DNA of 64,000 bases, taken from Podarcis filfolensis. Taxonomy: Eukaryota. The DNA is taken from the NCBI GenBank assembly GCA_964270895.1, contig OZ185435.1; one strand, given 5' to 3'. Shown one piece after another: positions 1 to 12,292 of the stretch. The translations under genes and the position numbers were made by a program. The notes under the pieces are model-generated. The model saw only the letters and a program-made list of their open reading frames with translations. It had not been told where the DNA came from and did no database searches. Position 1 is the first letter of the stretch; every line of letters begins with the position of its first letter.

Positions 1-1068
1 CTGCATTTTTAAGAAATTGATCTTTTAGTGTGACAACGCCCCCATTTTGGAACTCCCTGCCTATGGCCATCAGACACCTTCACTGAGCTCTTTTTGGTGC
101 CTGTTTAAAACCTTTTTGCTTAGAAAAGTATATCCAGACATGTGTTTTAATCTGGTTTTTAGCTTATCACTAATTTCAATTATTTTAAAATGTTTTAAAT
201 GGTTGGTTTTAACTGCTTTTTACTGTTAATTTTACTGCTTTCTTCTTTTCGTAAACCACATTATTATTATTATGTCATTTTATACTCTGCCTTGTTTCCT
301 GATGGGACTCAAGGCAGCATACAGATAAAAACAAGAACTGCTGAAAACATAGAAAAATCAATCATTAAAAAAACAATTAAACACTGATAAAATTAAAACT
401 ATATACACATATAAAATCTGTTTAAAACATAGCAATCATTACCATAAAAACAGCACGGCTTTGAGGTCTTATTACAATCAAGTGGTATATAAATATTGTG
501 AAATATATATATTTTAAATTACCCTCTGCTACTCTAATTCTGGCTCTGGTTTTCAGTTTTGGGGAGATTACAGAGAAAGGGGCTGCTTGGGGCTTGCCAG
601 GCTTCTCTCATCCTCTCTTGAGAGGTGTAGTTTCTGTCCAAGTTTGACTCATCAAGGCATGACTGGTATGGGATTGACTCCAGCAAGTTCTCCTTACACA
701 AGAAGAGCAGCGCTTGAAACCCCTGGTATAAATGGCCCTGCTGAACTTCCTGCTTGAACACCTTAACCGGGATACTAGCCAACTACTAATTACTAGTACG
801 CTGGGAAACAACATTGACTGAGGAATACACAGCCTTGAAGATGTTGTGTAACAAAGGCTGTGTACATATTGCGGACTTAAAACGCAGCAAGGTTGTGTTT
901 TCTCGATTCAGATCAAAGCTGGCTTGGGGGGACGACAATGTCAAAATGCAGTATTTCAAAGAAACAACAAGATAAATACAGGCTCGTCATCATCATCATC
1001 ATTTTATTTGTATGCTGCCTTTCCATAGTTGAAACTATGAACAAGGCGGCTTACAACATGTCGAGAAT

Positions 1069-1290
1069 TGTTGTTGTCATTGTTTAGTCGTGTCCGACTC
1101 TTCGTGACCCCATGGACCAGAGCACGCCAGGCACTCCTGTCTTCCACTGAGCTACGCCTTGTAGGGCCACCCAAGATGGACAGGTCATAGTGGAGAGTTT
1201 TGACCAAACGTGATCCACCTGGAGCAGGAACCGGCAAGCCACTCCAGTATCCCTGCCAAGAAAACTCCATGGACAAAGACAATGACAAGA
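1069..1290. mobile_element. BovB/RTE-derived composite of two oppositely oriented pieces
   Basis: Left: reverse BovB-like 3' end (GTCGTGTCCGACTCTTCGTGACCCCATGGAC). Right: forward BovB-like segment (GCCACTCCAGTATCCCTGCCAAGAAAACTCCATGGAC). Confidence 0.7.
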
Positions 1291-3880
1291 TTTACATAAC
1301 TACAAACATAGCAGAAGTCATAAACAATAAATAAAACACATCAAAACGTACACAACCAAATGGAGACAATTTCCACATAAATCGTAAGATCTAAGACTAA
1401 AGATACAACAATAATATCAATAACAGCAACAAGCTCTCTCAGCCCCCCATAAACAATACCCCAGCCCAAGAATCTGTTCAACAGCCTCAGTTTTTGTAGC
1501 TGGAGTCAGTCAGCACTCCACTCTCCCAGGCCAGATGGGAAAAGGCCAGCAAGGCAGGGTGCAGGATAGAAATGGATTGTAGTTTATGTCATGTGTACAC
1601 TACTTCCCCAAACAGCATCAGAGCTAAATGGCAGTTTGTATGCAGCCCTAGTGTCAGGAGCTGCTGGATCTGAATGCAGCTGCCCCATGTGGTAACCTAC
1701 TGAACTGCAGCTGGCAACCTTCTTGATGTCCTTGGACCAGTTCTACCCACTCAGGCTGACCCTTGGCTCCTCCCAGACAGGAAGGATGATAATGGGCTTC
1801 CTGTTGCAGCTCTGCTTGGCTTGAGCAATGCTGTGATGCGTTCCTGTATCTCTGGTTGTTCTTTGGCCTTGCATTCCTGTGTGCTTCTTGACCCAGTCTT
1901 CTCTTTGGGTTTATTCTCTAGTGTGAAATATGGAAAAATGCCAGACTTCTCTTATCTCAGGCTACCAGAAGGCACAATAGAGTTCACTCCACACTGTTGT
2001 AAAGAGAGTACTGGAAGGATGACTTAAAGTTGTTGTTACGAAGACAATTAGGTGCAGGCCAGTTTGTGAGAGACCAGGGCCACAACATTTGGCTCTGGTT
2101 TGCCCTTTGGTCTTGAGTTCTCCTTCAGTCCTGACTACTGCCTTGTCCTGTGGCCCCTGGCTTGCTTCAGACTGCTGTCTGTGGCCCAGCCTTGATACCT
2201 AACTCCCAAGTTGTCCTAATGTAGCCTTTTGTGCTTTCATTTTCCATGGGAAATTCGGGGAGGTGTGTGGACAGAGAAGAGAGACCAGGGAATTGCCCTT
2301 GACCTTTTCTATAAAGTAGGCTTTAGGCCAGGAGTGGGGAACTTGTGGTTTTTCAGAAGTTGTTGGACTCCCAATTCCCATCAGCCCCAGCTACTGCATA
2401 TAATGCATGTGCTCTGCCACTGAGCTATGCGCCTTCCCTATAGGAGGCAGCTGTAGCCTTCACACCAGAGATATTTTGCTAGAAATTGTTGGAGAGACGA
2501 TACTGAAACAGACGTATGCTGTGTGATACAGCAGCACCCTGATGTTCTTATGAATTGACTGAAAAATATTGTGTTTGAGGAAATAATACAATTTCTGTCT
2601 ATGACACTAGAACTCTGATGACCTATTTGCATGTGCAAATTATCATTTCATGTTAGGATAATCATCTGTTGAATATCTGTGTGACTGCTTCATTCTCAAC
2701 TGAGCTTTCTTCATTCCAGCTCACACCACCTCAGTTTTCTTCTCCACTGAATAAATTCCATTGTGTAACTATTCCTGCCTCCTCCATTTCTGAGTTTGTC
2801 ACCAGGAACCACCCTGCCATGCTCCGTTCTCAACTGCACATGAGCATACATGTCCACATGCATATAAGCACCCACTGCTTCTTTGATGGGGATTGCCATC
2901 AAAGAATGATGTGGGCCAGAAAATGGCCTTTAGGCGCATGACACAGTTCTACAGAACAGGTTTGGTGTGAATGGGAGAGACTGCCTGGAAGCTGTAGGCA
3001 AGCTGCTCATTGATGAAAAGCTGGGAATCAATGGGATAAGTAAGGAACAAAACAAGTTTCACCGGAACTGCAACAGTCTTTTCCAGGATGCCAGATTTTG
3101 CCATACTCTGTACCTGTCCTTTCTTGCCCATTTTCAATACTGCTCTTTTTACATGGCAGAATTACATTCGATTGTTGCTGGAAATGGTATAACATGTAGT
3201 AAATGGTATAGTAAAACTTACCTGCACCCTGACACCATTGTGACATTGTCCCAGTAAGAAGAGTGAGAATCACAGGGACTAAGGACTTTTAAAAAATGGG
3301 GGAATCCTCTCTTGTTTCTGAAGAAAGGGAGAAAGCTCTTGCATGCATGAAAAACACATCTTCCCATCCGTTCCATCCCTGGCACACGCACACACACTGT
3401 CATTCTCATCTCCCACCCTGCCAGTTTTCAAAATAGTCGCAAGTTTCTGCCAAAAGTTAATAAAGCAAACATATTTTGGACAACATCTATATTGCTATCA
3501 TTGACCATAAAAATACTTGGTGCATCGCCAAGTCCCCACAGCACTGCAGGGATTTTTTTTCTTTCTGTTTGTGTTTCTGGAAAGGCAATAATCCTTCTTT
3601 GGCTTTAGCTTTTCCACAGCCCTGGCGTTTCTTCATGATTCCTATCATGCTGTCCAATAGACAGACAGACAGACCTAACCCCAGACCTAAATCCAAAACA
3701 TACTATGAAAGTTGCATGCATTTGGGGGGGTGCCCTGTCCAGTGCTCCACATTTTAAGGAGGACACAGACAAACTGTTCTTACTCGTGAGGAAGGCAAGA
3801 AGAACGACAAGGGGTTTTGGAAAGCAAGTCCTGTGAGAAACAGGTAAAAGAAGTGGGTGTGTTTAACCTGGAGAAGACTT

Positions 3881-4258
3881 TGTGTGAAACAAACACTCTT
3901 TGTAGAGATAGTGAAGAACTTTGTTAACTTCTCAACCTGTCTCCTAGAATGACTATTGGTCTTACACTACCAGTAAATCACTCCCAGCCCCTTCTAGGAT
4001 CTTTGCCTTCCCCTCAGGGAAACAATCTGGGTTGCCTTGCCTGCCTAGCTAACCACTAATTCGTTCCTAACCAGGCTCTAAATAGATTCTTATCTAGGTA
4101 CTTTTCAAGCCCTAACTAACACTCACTGACAAACAAGTTTGACTGCCAGTTTCTAACTTTTTAATATTTTTCTCTCTCTCCTGACTGGATAACACTCCAC
4201 CCAGCTCTGATTGGTTACTGGGTCACCAGGAGGCTGATCCAGGGTCTGTCCATCACAC
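3881..4258 (-). mobile_element. Probable LTR fragment inserted after a CR1 remnant
   Basis: Minus strand starts TGTGATGG with a CCAAT box nearby and interrupts CR1-like sequence at 3730-3878. No TSD seen. Confidence 0.4.
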
Positions 4259-7037
4259 CCCCAGTTAAAAGAATTCTAAGTACCAAGGGAGTGTTACTAA
4301 CAGTCTGTTGTGTGCTGGGCTACATGAATGAAAAAACAGCAACTGTTACAAGATCAAGAAATCATGAAATTGGTAATACAGTACTGAATTGGAAAAGGAT
4401 TGATGTTATGAAGTTATGCAAAATTAATTTTAAGGCCCCCCACTTTCAAATATTTTGTCTAAAGCAACATCCTCTGGGTTATATGCAATGAAGTCATCCC
4501 ATTCATGCAAGGACTTCTACTTGTGCAGCAAAACTCTACCCCTGCCCTCTTTCCCCAACATACCCCTCCAAAATCCATTCTGGAAACCCTCTAGAGCAGA
4601 TTGTGAGGGTAGGCAAGGGAAGAGGGAGAGGAAGCTCTGCTGCAGAAGTCCTTGCCTGAAAAGGGCAAGTGCATTGGATGCAACCCACTGACTTTAATTG
4701 GACAACTTAGACAAAAAATAAATAAATGTCATGGGCTTTTATGGATTTTTTTTTAACTGTCTAAAGCTCAAAAGTCTGGGTTTTAAAAAGGCATCTGATT
4801 CAGCTCAGGAAGGAAGCCACAGCACAGACAACACAGCAAACATTTTACTGGAGCGTTCCATCCATCATTTTCAGGACTTTCCTAAGCTTTGGATGATAAG
4901 GAGATTCAATCTTGTAGGGGGACTTAATCCTCCCCAGTACAAAGCTTCAAGGAGAGAAAATGTCAGCTTGTAGACAATGTAAGCAGAGCAAGGAACCAAT
5001 GGCGAGACTATACTGGGACCACAGCTCCAATGTGGCAGCTATGTGGATCTTGCCATCTGCTTGTGAGTGTAATAAGCTGCTGTATGGTGGAAAGAACCGA
5101 GCCTTTGATTCCACCCTAGGAAGAATGCCAGATTCACTTGTGGTGAGGCAATGGACCATACTTGTTACAACTGTCCTTAATTTAGGCACCTGGCTGGTAG
5201 CCATAGGTGATAAGGGATTCCGTGCAGGTGGGCATGGATGCTGCCAGGGGAGGGATCACTCTGTTCCCCCTCTTTGCCCCACATGGCAACCAAGAGAGCC
5301 AGCAAAAGAGGGAATCCTTTTTCTTTGCACCAAGTCACGGAGCTCACCATTCTTCTTTGCCAGCCCACAGTAGGCAGGGTTTTTTTGTTTTTGTTTTTTT
5401 AAAGCCGTGTTAGTAACTTTTGTGGACTTCTTTCAAAGTCTGCCTTAAAAAAACCACCCCACACCCTTGGACTCTTGTCAATAATGGAAGGCAAACACCA
5501 AAACACTTGACAAAAATCGGGAGATGCAGGGCAATCATGCTCCGAGTGGCCACTTGAATGACAGAATGAAAAGGACTCTATTCCAGTCTTTAATGACTTC
5601 ATAAACTTATTCAGTAACACTGGCTTTTCTGCGTTCTCCTCAGGGCAAGGTGCCCAGCTGGTGTACATCGAACCCACAGCTCCAGCAAGTCCAGTCAAGC
5701 TACGCCGGTGACATCTGCTGGGGATCTATCCTTGTACTTGGAAACAGTTCAGTGCTACTTTGGTCTTGGTCAGCTTCCCAGGGCTTGTCAGGCAGCTGGA
5801 TAATAAGGCCTCAGCTGCACCACAAAACAGCTTTAGCCAGAAAGCTCGCTGTTTCCCTTCAAAGTGTATTACAACCCTTTCGGTTCGTTACTAGTGGCCA
5901 GTAACCTCGGCGGTCCAAAGGCCCACTCTGCCATCCATTCATGAAGCATGAAAATTCACCTCATGGGGCTGCTGGTTCAAACAACAGCACTTACAGAAAG
6001 ATAATTTCGCTTGAGCCCTAGAGGAAACTGCATAGCTGAGTCACATTAGGGGGAGGGAAGATGGTTGAGGACAGTGCTCTGTAAAAAAATATATATGGGG
6101 AAATCTGGAAGAGGAAGCCAGAAGCCCAAATATTTCCCTGAATAGAGCTGGGGAGGTCTAGACTCACATCTCTACTTGCCTATTCAGCTCCCAAGGTGAC
6201 CTTGGGAAAGGCACAGGTGCTACCAGTGTAACTTACCTACTTTTATTCTTAGGCAATTCTGTGAGAGAAGAGCTGTATATTTACCAGCTGGAGCTGTTTG
6301 GTGGAAGAGCAAGCTATAAACGCAATTAATAATAATTTGGAGTTACTGGTAAGAACGAGACAAACCCTTCCCTTTCTCTCTTTAGGCATATTTTGCATAG
6401 TGTGTGATTACCTTATATGCTGATGGAACTTGATGGCACAGAGACGGCTCAATATTTCCTCAGCAATTACACACTTGAGCATTCCTGTTTGTCCAGGTGA
6501 CAGAGACACCCGAGGCCTGTGGGTGGTTGTTTCCCTCTTCCCACCATGCATCTGGATAATCTCATCATGTCCTTCCCACCTGCAAGTCTTTCATTTCTGC
6601 ACCACTTTTTTTTTTGGCCTTGCTTAATCCCCTTTCGCTCAGATATTTGACTGAGTCAGCCTTTAACATGACTGTCAGGAAAGCCAAGGGAATAGGTCTT
6701 AATTAAGAGAGTTCATTTGATGTCGCTATGCGGTACGGCTTGTTTCCTGCAGTGGATTCTCTCCCAGATCCAGAGCAGAGCCATTGAATTGGCAATGTTG
6801 GTGTAGCTACGACGGGATGGTCTCAGGTTAGCTTCCTCCTTGCAAATTATGTGTGTGTCAAATTCATGAATCACCATGCTTGCAAATGGTTCTACATTAA
6901 AGGAAAGGACTGTGATGTTACACCTTGTTTTCTAACCCAGTCTGCAATGTTTTCTATGGCTACTTAATTGATTCCAAAGGGTAACTGCCACCACAATAAA
7001 AAAAACCTACCCTGCATTGTGCAGAAGGGGCCTCATG

Positions 7038-7090
<53 letters not shown>
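7038..7090. repeat. (AAT)n microsatellite
   Basis: About 17-18 perfect units. Confidence 0.97.
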
Positions 7091-7644
7091 TTTTATTTAT
7101 ATCCCACCCTCCCCAGCCGAAGCCGGGCTCAGAGCAGCTAACAACAATAAAAGTAACACAGTTTACATAAAATCACAGTCAATTAATTGAAATGCATTCT
7201 AAAATCAATTCATTCTAAAATCAATTTGAAATCAAATTAATGGCAGCCATTGGGCTAGAGTTCTGTGAGGATTACCAAAGGAGGGGGTCAGGCTGTGCCT
7301 TGGGCAAAGGCCTGGTGGAACAGCTCTGTCTTGCAGGCCCTGCGGAAAGATGTCAAGTCCCACAGGGCCCTAGTCTCTTGTGACAGAGCGTTCCACCAGA
7401 TCAGAGCCACAGCCAAAAAAGCCCTGGCTCTGGTTGAGGCCAGCCTAACCTCCCTGTGGCCCGGGACCTCCAAGATGTTTTTGTTTGAAGACCGTAATGT
7501 CCTCCGTGGGACATACCAGGAGAGGCGGTCCCATAGGTACCAGGGTCCCATAAGATGGTATCTGCAGGAAGCCCTCATCTGCAGAGCACAATGATTGTTG
7601 GGTTTATAAGGGGTGAGGCAATCTTTCAGGTGTCCTGGTCCCAA
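7091..7644 (-). mobile_element. L2 LINE 3' end with (AAT)n tail
   Basis: ORF2 C-terminus YVPRRTLRSS...FRRACKTELFHQAF. The tail is the (AAT)n at 7038-7090. Confidence 0.85.
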
Positions 7645-8012
7645 GCTCTATGCAGCATGGCAACAAGGATTCAGCTGATATAAATGTGATGGGTGTGCAG
7701 CAAGTGGCGGGGAACTAATTTGAACAAAATAGTGCGTCGCAGCCAAATGCAAACTCTTATTTCTGCTGGCTAATCGAGAAATAACTCAGGTCGGCTAAAG
7801 CTGATAAGAATATTAAGCTGAAACCTGTTTGACTGCTTCCTGACAGGAAACCAAAAACAAAGCAAAACAAAACCTTGATGATGCCAAGGAAAACTGCTTT
7901 CGCCAAGATTCCTCCCTGGTGTGTTAGCTTCATTCACGCAGAATGAATAGGATTCAAGCATGCAGTTGCTCCACCTGCCTTCCAAAGTGCTGCACCATCT
8001 AGTTTGCAAATG

Positions 8013-8195
8013 CCCAACTCAGTGGTAGAGTACATGGTTTGTATGCAAAAGGTCCTGGGTTCAATTTCCTGCATCTTAAGGTTGGGCTGAGAAAGACTCC
8101 TGTCTGAAACTCTGGATAGCAGCCAAGAATCACTGTCGACAATACCGAGTGGGTTGGGCCAATGGTCTGGTGCTGGGTATAAGCTAGTTTTCTTT
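8013..8195 (+). mobile_element. tRNA-derived squamate SINE (decayed)
   Basis: A-box/B-box-like CTCAGTGGTAGAG...GGTTCAAT followed by GAAAGACTCCTGTCTGAAAC. Related copies near 22600, 52160 and 59510. Confidence 0.6.
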
Positions 8196-8715
8196 GTTCT
8201 TTTGTGTGCGAGCGAGTGGGAAGTCTAAAGAGTAGTCAAACTTGCAAATGCTAAAATATATACTATACAGCCTTGACAGGGATTCCATACAGGGTATTTT
8301 TTAAAAAGAGACCTATCACAGACATTGACACGTTGTTTCGAGGTCAGAGGGGGAAAAGGGAATGTTATATTCACAAGCAAGCAAACAAAGAATAATCTTG
8401 ACTGTACTAGAAAGAGCAGGGATAGGCTAAACCAGTGGTTTTCAACCAGTGTGTCGTGGCACCCTGGGGTGCACTGAACGAGTCTGGGGTGCTGCAGGCA
8501 ACACTGGCCTCTGTCCCTCTTTCCTTCCCTCCCTCCTCTGATGCCTCCGCCTCCCAAAGGCTTGCACAGCTGTTTATTGCAGTAGCCCTGACTATAAGCT
8601 CTGCAGGCAGCACCTCTCTTTGGGGTGGGGAGTGGGGCAGCTTAGAGACCAGGGATGGCGGCAGCAACTGCCCAGAGGACTCCCAAGGAGAGAGGAGAGG
8701 AGGCTGATGGAACAC

Positions 8716-8838
8716 TAAGGTTACCAGATTTTTTTCAATGAATCTGGGGACCCTTTTCAACTTCAATGGATTTTGTATGGGGATTGATTTGTAAATCTGG
8801 GGACTGTCCGCGGGAAACAGGGACGTCTGGTAACCTTA
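8716..8838. mobile_element. hAT MITE
   Basis: TIR TAAGGTTACCAGA / TCTGGTAACCTTA, 8-bp TSD TGGAACAC. Confidence 0.9.
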
Positions 8839-9950
8839 TGGAACACTCCACAAGGGAGGGTGTTCAAGAAAGGTCGAGAGGCGGCCAGCTCTGCAGGCGA
8901 GGGGTGACATAACTGGGCTCCTGAGCCCCACAAGAGTGCTGTAGAAACAATGTAGTTGGTCAAGGTCCTGGACTCAAAAAGGTTGAAAATGTCTGGGCTA
9001 AACCATGCCTGCTTTGGTAGAGAGCTCTGTGCTGCCCTCGTGTGGATAACTTTGGTATAAACAGATTGGCCAGTTTTAGATTCTGCATCAGTTGCCCCAC
9101 TTAAAGTCAACATTCCACTGACCTCAGCAGAATTCTGGATGTGGCTGAATAAGGCACTCATGCATGCACTCTCTCATGATGAACCTTTGATGCTTCTGTT
9201 TGCAGTTCCTTCCAGGCTGTAATAATAAACCTAATGTAATACTTGCTAATATTTTATTTGACCCTAGGGGCAAACAACTTCTTTCCCCCCATTAAAGCTG
9301 CATTGGAGGATTTTTACCATTGCATATTATTGAGCTTTCTAGGCCCTTAATAATCCTAATTTATTTATTTTTTTACAATCTATTTCCATGTGCACTAACA
9401 GAAACTTCCTTCCCAGGATAAATAACAGGTGCTTTTTGGGGTGGGTGGATTTTCACTGGGACGGTAATGTGGGACTGCCTTGTCGCCTCCGCTTCTGTGC
9501 ACCCAGAAAATCTGCTCCAGATGTTTGAGGAACCTTCTGGATCTTGGGGAGAGGCGAGGGGGAGGTCCTATTGCATGAGTGGAAGCAGAAAATTCAACAT
9601 TTGGGGAAAGAGTGCAACTATCACCGCAAGTGTGGACTACCTTAGAGCCACCCTTCCACCTTTCTCAGAGGTGTGGTTCCGTTGGTAGTTATTATTGTTT
9701 TGCTGTGTTATTATAAATTTGTTTTTGTGGTGTTTGTTTGAAATGCATCCTTGTTTCTTTGTTGTAAGTCACTTTGAGCTTTTTTTGTGGAAAAGTGGCA
9801 TACAAATAAAATGAATCAATCAATCAATGATGAGTTCAGTGAAATTCTGGGGAGATTAGCTTATCTCCTGCATTTATACCTTAGGACAACTTCACCATTA
9901 TATTTCTGATCAGTGCCATTTTAGCTTTGTATTTTTAAAAACCCACTATT

Positions 9951-9956
9951 TTTATT
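9951..9956 (-). terminator. Candidate polyadenylation signal (AATAAA) of the nucleotidase gene
   Basis: AATAAA on the minus strand about 400 nt after the stop codon. Not verified. Confidence 0.35.
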
Positions 9957-10358
9957 TCTGATCTTTTTGCATACACATATATAAAATATTAGAGCAACAG
10001 CATTTAAATGAAAATGTATTTTAGTGCAATAAAAAAGGCTAAAAAACCCCCCAGCAATTACTCTGCTTTTTTTCTAGTCACCATTTAGCTATCAAGTCAA
10101 TCAGTTATACTTCAGTCATTGTTCCTTTATGAGCTTTCCGCTGCTCAAGTTAAATGGGTCCATATACAGTATTTGAATTTGTTCAGAATATATCGCAGCA
10201 AAGCAGCCAACACTGTATCTTCATGCAGCAGTTTTGTTCCCTTGGTCCCTAAATGTAGTCAATGCCATTTCAACTTTGTCCTGTCAGTCTGAAGCTTTGC
10301 CCAGCCATCCTTCAATTTGTTCAATCACCACAATACTGGGGCCATGATGTGGTCCCTG

Positions 10359-10661
10359 TCAGCAGTCACAAGGAACCAGGGCAGAGGGTATGCCAACATC
10401 CTGGGCACCCTGGATATTGTGAAGACCATCGTCAAAGAAGATATGGGGCTGAATCTTAGAGAGTATGGGGCCTTTAGGTGCTCCATCCATGAAGAAGGCC
10501 TCATCAATTGCCAGGCCCCATTCCCGAAGCGTTTTTATGGCCCGGATGCCCATGTCACGGCCACTGCGGGCAGTTACCAAGTAAATGCGGATGGGAGAGT
10601 CCTCTTTGCCAAATTTTTGGCGCATCTTACCAAGATGCAAAGCAAATGCTTTCAGTGGGCC
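10359..10661 (-). CDS. NT5C1A-like: 5'-nucleotidase I family, last coding exon (GPLKAF...IYLVTARSG...GAPKGPIL...HIFFDD...VPCDC*)
   Basis: 303 nt, TTTTACAG| acceptor, TGA at 10359-10361. HAD motifs II-IV (TARS, K, FFDD) present. Confidence 0.95.
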   Translation of the reverse strand, partial: GPLKAFALHLGKMRQKFGKEDSPIRIYLVTARSGRDMGIRAIKTLREWGLAIDEAFFMDGAPKGPILSKIQPHIFFDDGLHNIQGAQDVGIPSALVPCDC

Positions 10662-11324
10662 CTGTAAAATACAGTAGACAAAAGGGAGGCATTATATTAT
10701 TCCACAGAACAGTAAATTATAAACCAAACAATTCTATTCAGAGGGGGACAAAAGTATAATGTAAACCACATGGGTTTATCTTACTTTACACAAGTGACAA
10801 CATTCGAGGAGTGATTATAAAAACGGCAAGTTTTTAAAGAAGTCACTGTATATGTGATCATTTCATCAGGGCATGGGAGAAGAGTTTTAAAGTGTAGGTC
10901 GTCTGTCTGACTTTAGCATTCACTAGATCAAAGTACAGAAACCAGAGAAGATTGCTTTGTAAAGCTAGATCAATGCAGCAAAGCCCCATCAAAAGAATCG
11001 CCTTCCTGGCCACTTCAGTCCTTTGAACTGGGTGGGGGAACTGTGGCATTTCAAAGAGTCAACTTACAGGTGAATATGTGCCATTTGATGACTTGTAGTT
11101 GAACATATTCATCGCCTCCATTGAAAAGAAGCAGGTTTGAGATAGTGCCAGGTGATAGGAAAACTGTCAGACACATCATCCGTAGTCATCAGGTAATGAA
11201 CATGCCTGTGTGAATTCATCTCTCAGGCCTCTGCCAGTCATGACCCATCATGCCTCTAATAAAGCCCCCCCACTTCCACTAACCATACAGATACGAGCCT
11301 TGCTGCTGTTATCCACACTCTGGT

Positions 11325-11779
11325 TGTTACGAAAAAGGAGCAATGCTGCTGAGTGCTCCAGATGGCTGGAAAGCCAAACAGGATGTTGATGTTATGGGAC
11401 TGTACCGTGGGAACAAGGGACAGTCTATTATGTGCACTGAGCACCGGATGTTAGCTCAGAGTGTCACATGACCCTGTACTGGAAGTACATGGGTGGAGTT
11501 ATTCTCTCTCTGGCTGCTGATGTGAGAGGGTGCAGACACGTTTCTCTGCACTACTGGAAAGACAGAAATAAAGGCATGTAAATACATTTCTGTCTGTCTC
11601 TCTCCCCTCCCTGGGAGTGAGGGAGGAGGGATGGTTGTGTTCTTCTCACGTTGAGGAGAATCGGCCGATAGAGACCTCGCCTTGTCTTGCCGGGAGTCGC
11701 TGACGGGGAGGTCAACATGGAATCAAAGCCGGGCACCTGGAGAGTGCCAAATTCCTCTGACAAGGCTTGAGATTCAACA
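11325..11779 (+). repeat. 5' LTR of the Copia-type element
   Basis: TGTTACG...TTCAACA, contains AATAAA, near-identical to 14249-14703. Confidence 0.97.
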
Positions 11780-11781
11780 TA

Positions 11782-11799
11782 TGGTAGCAGAGGATGGTT
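11782..11799 (+). promoter_or_regulatory. Primer-binding site for initiator tRNA-Met (TGGTAGCAGAGGATGGTT)
   Basis: 18-nt complement of the vertebrate tRNA-iMet 3' end (AACCATCCTCTGCTACCA), 2 nt after the 5' LTR. Confidence 0.95.
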
Positions 11800-12292
11800 A
11801 TCTGATCCATGGGAATCAGCATGAGAGGTGAGAGGTTGATGGATCGTGTGCCATCCTCTGCACCAAGGAAAGAAGATAACGTCTGATCAGCTGAACAGAC
11901 GGCTGGACACCAAGAGGGGGTGTTTTCCAAGCAACGGAGCCCCAAAAAGGTATGCTGAATATCGGGCTAAAAGTGTGAATGCAGATTGATTTATTCTCTG
12001 GTTCACGAGAGCTGCGTTTGGAAAAACAGCTCTGAGAGCCTAGGCTTGCATACCAGGCATATTTGCGGTGAGATAAGAAAGAGAAGTATGCACAGTTGCT
12101 AAGCAACGACAGTCAGGACAGTGGAAAACTACTGACACCTGGGGCTGGCTCAGTCAGAGCCGGGAAAGCGAAAGTTGTTTTGACTTTGAGACAGCTTGGA
12201 GATTGCCTGCCTGAGAAAGGCAGAAAACAGCTCAAAAGGCAGCTTTTGGGATTTTACTAGCTCGAGTGAGAGAGCTGAGACTTGGATTCAAA

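Noticed and set aside
11256-11763. Small minus-strand ORFs duplicated at 14090-14687
   Set aside because: Duplicated only because they lie in the two LTRs; no sign of coding function.
11831-11865. tRNA-Met gene
   Set aside because: Only the 3' half is present (no D arm or anticodon arm) and it includes CCA, so it is not a tRNA gene. Reported as a finding instead.
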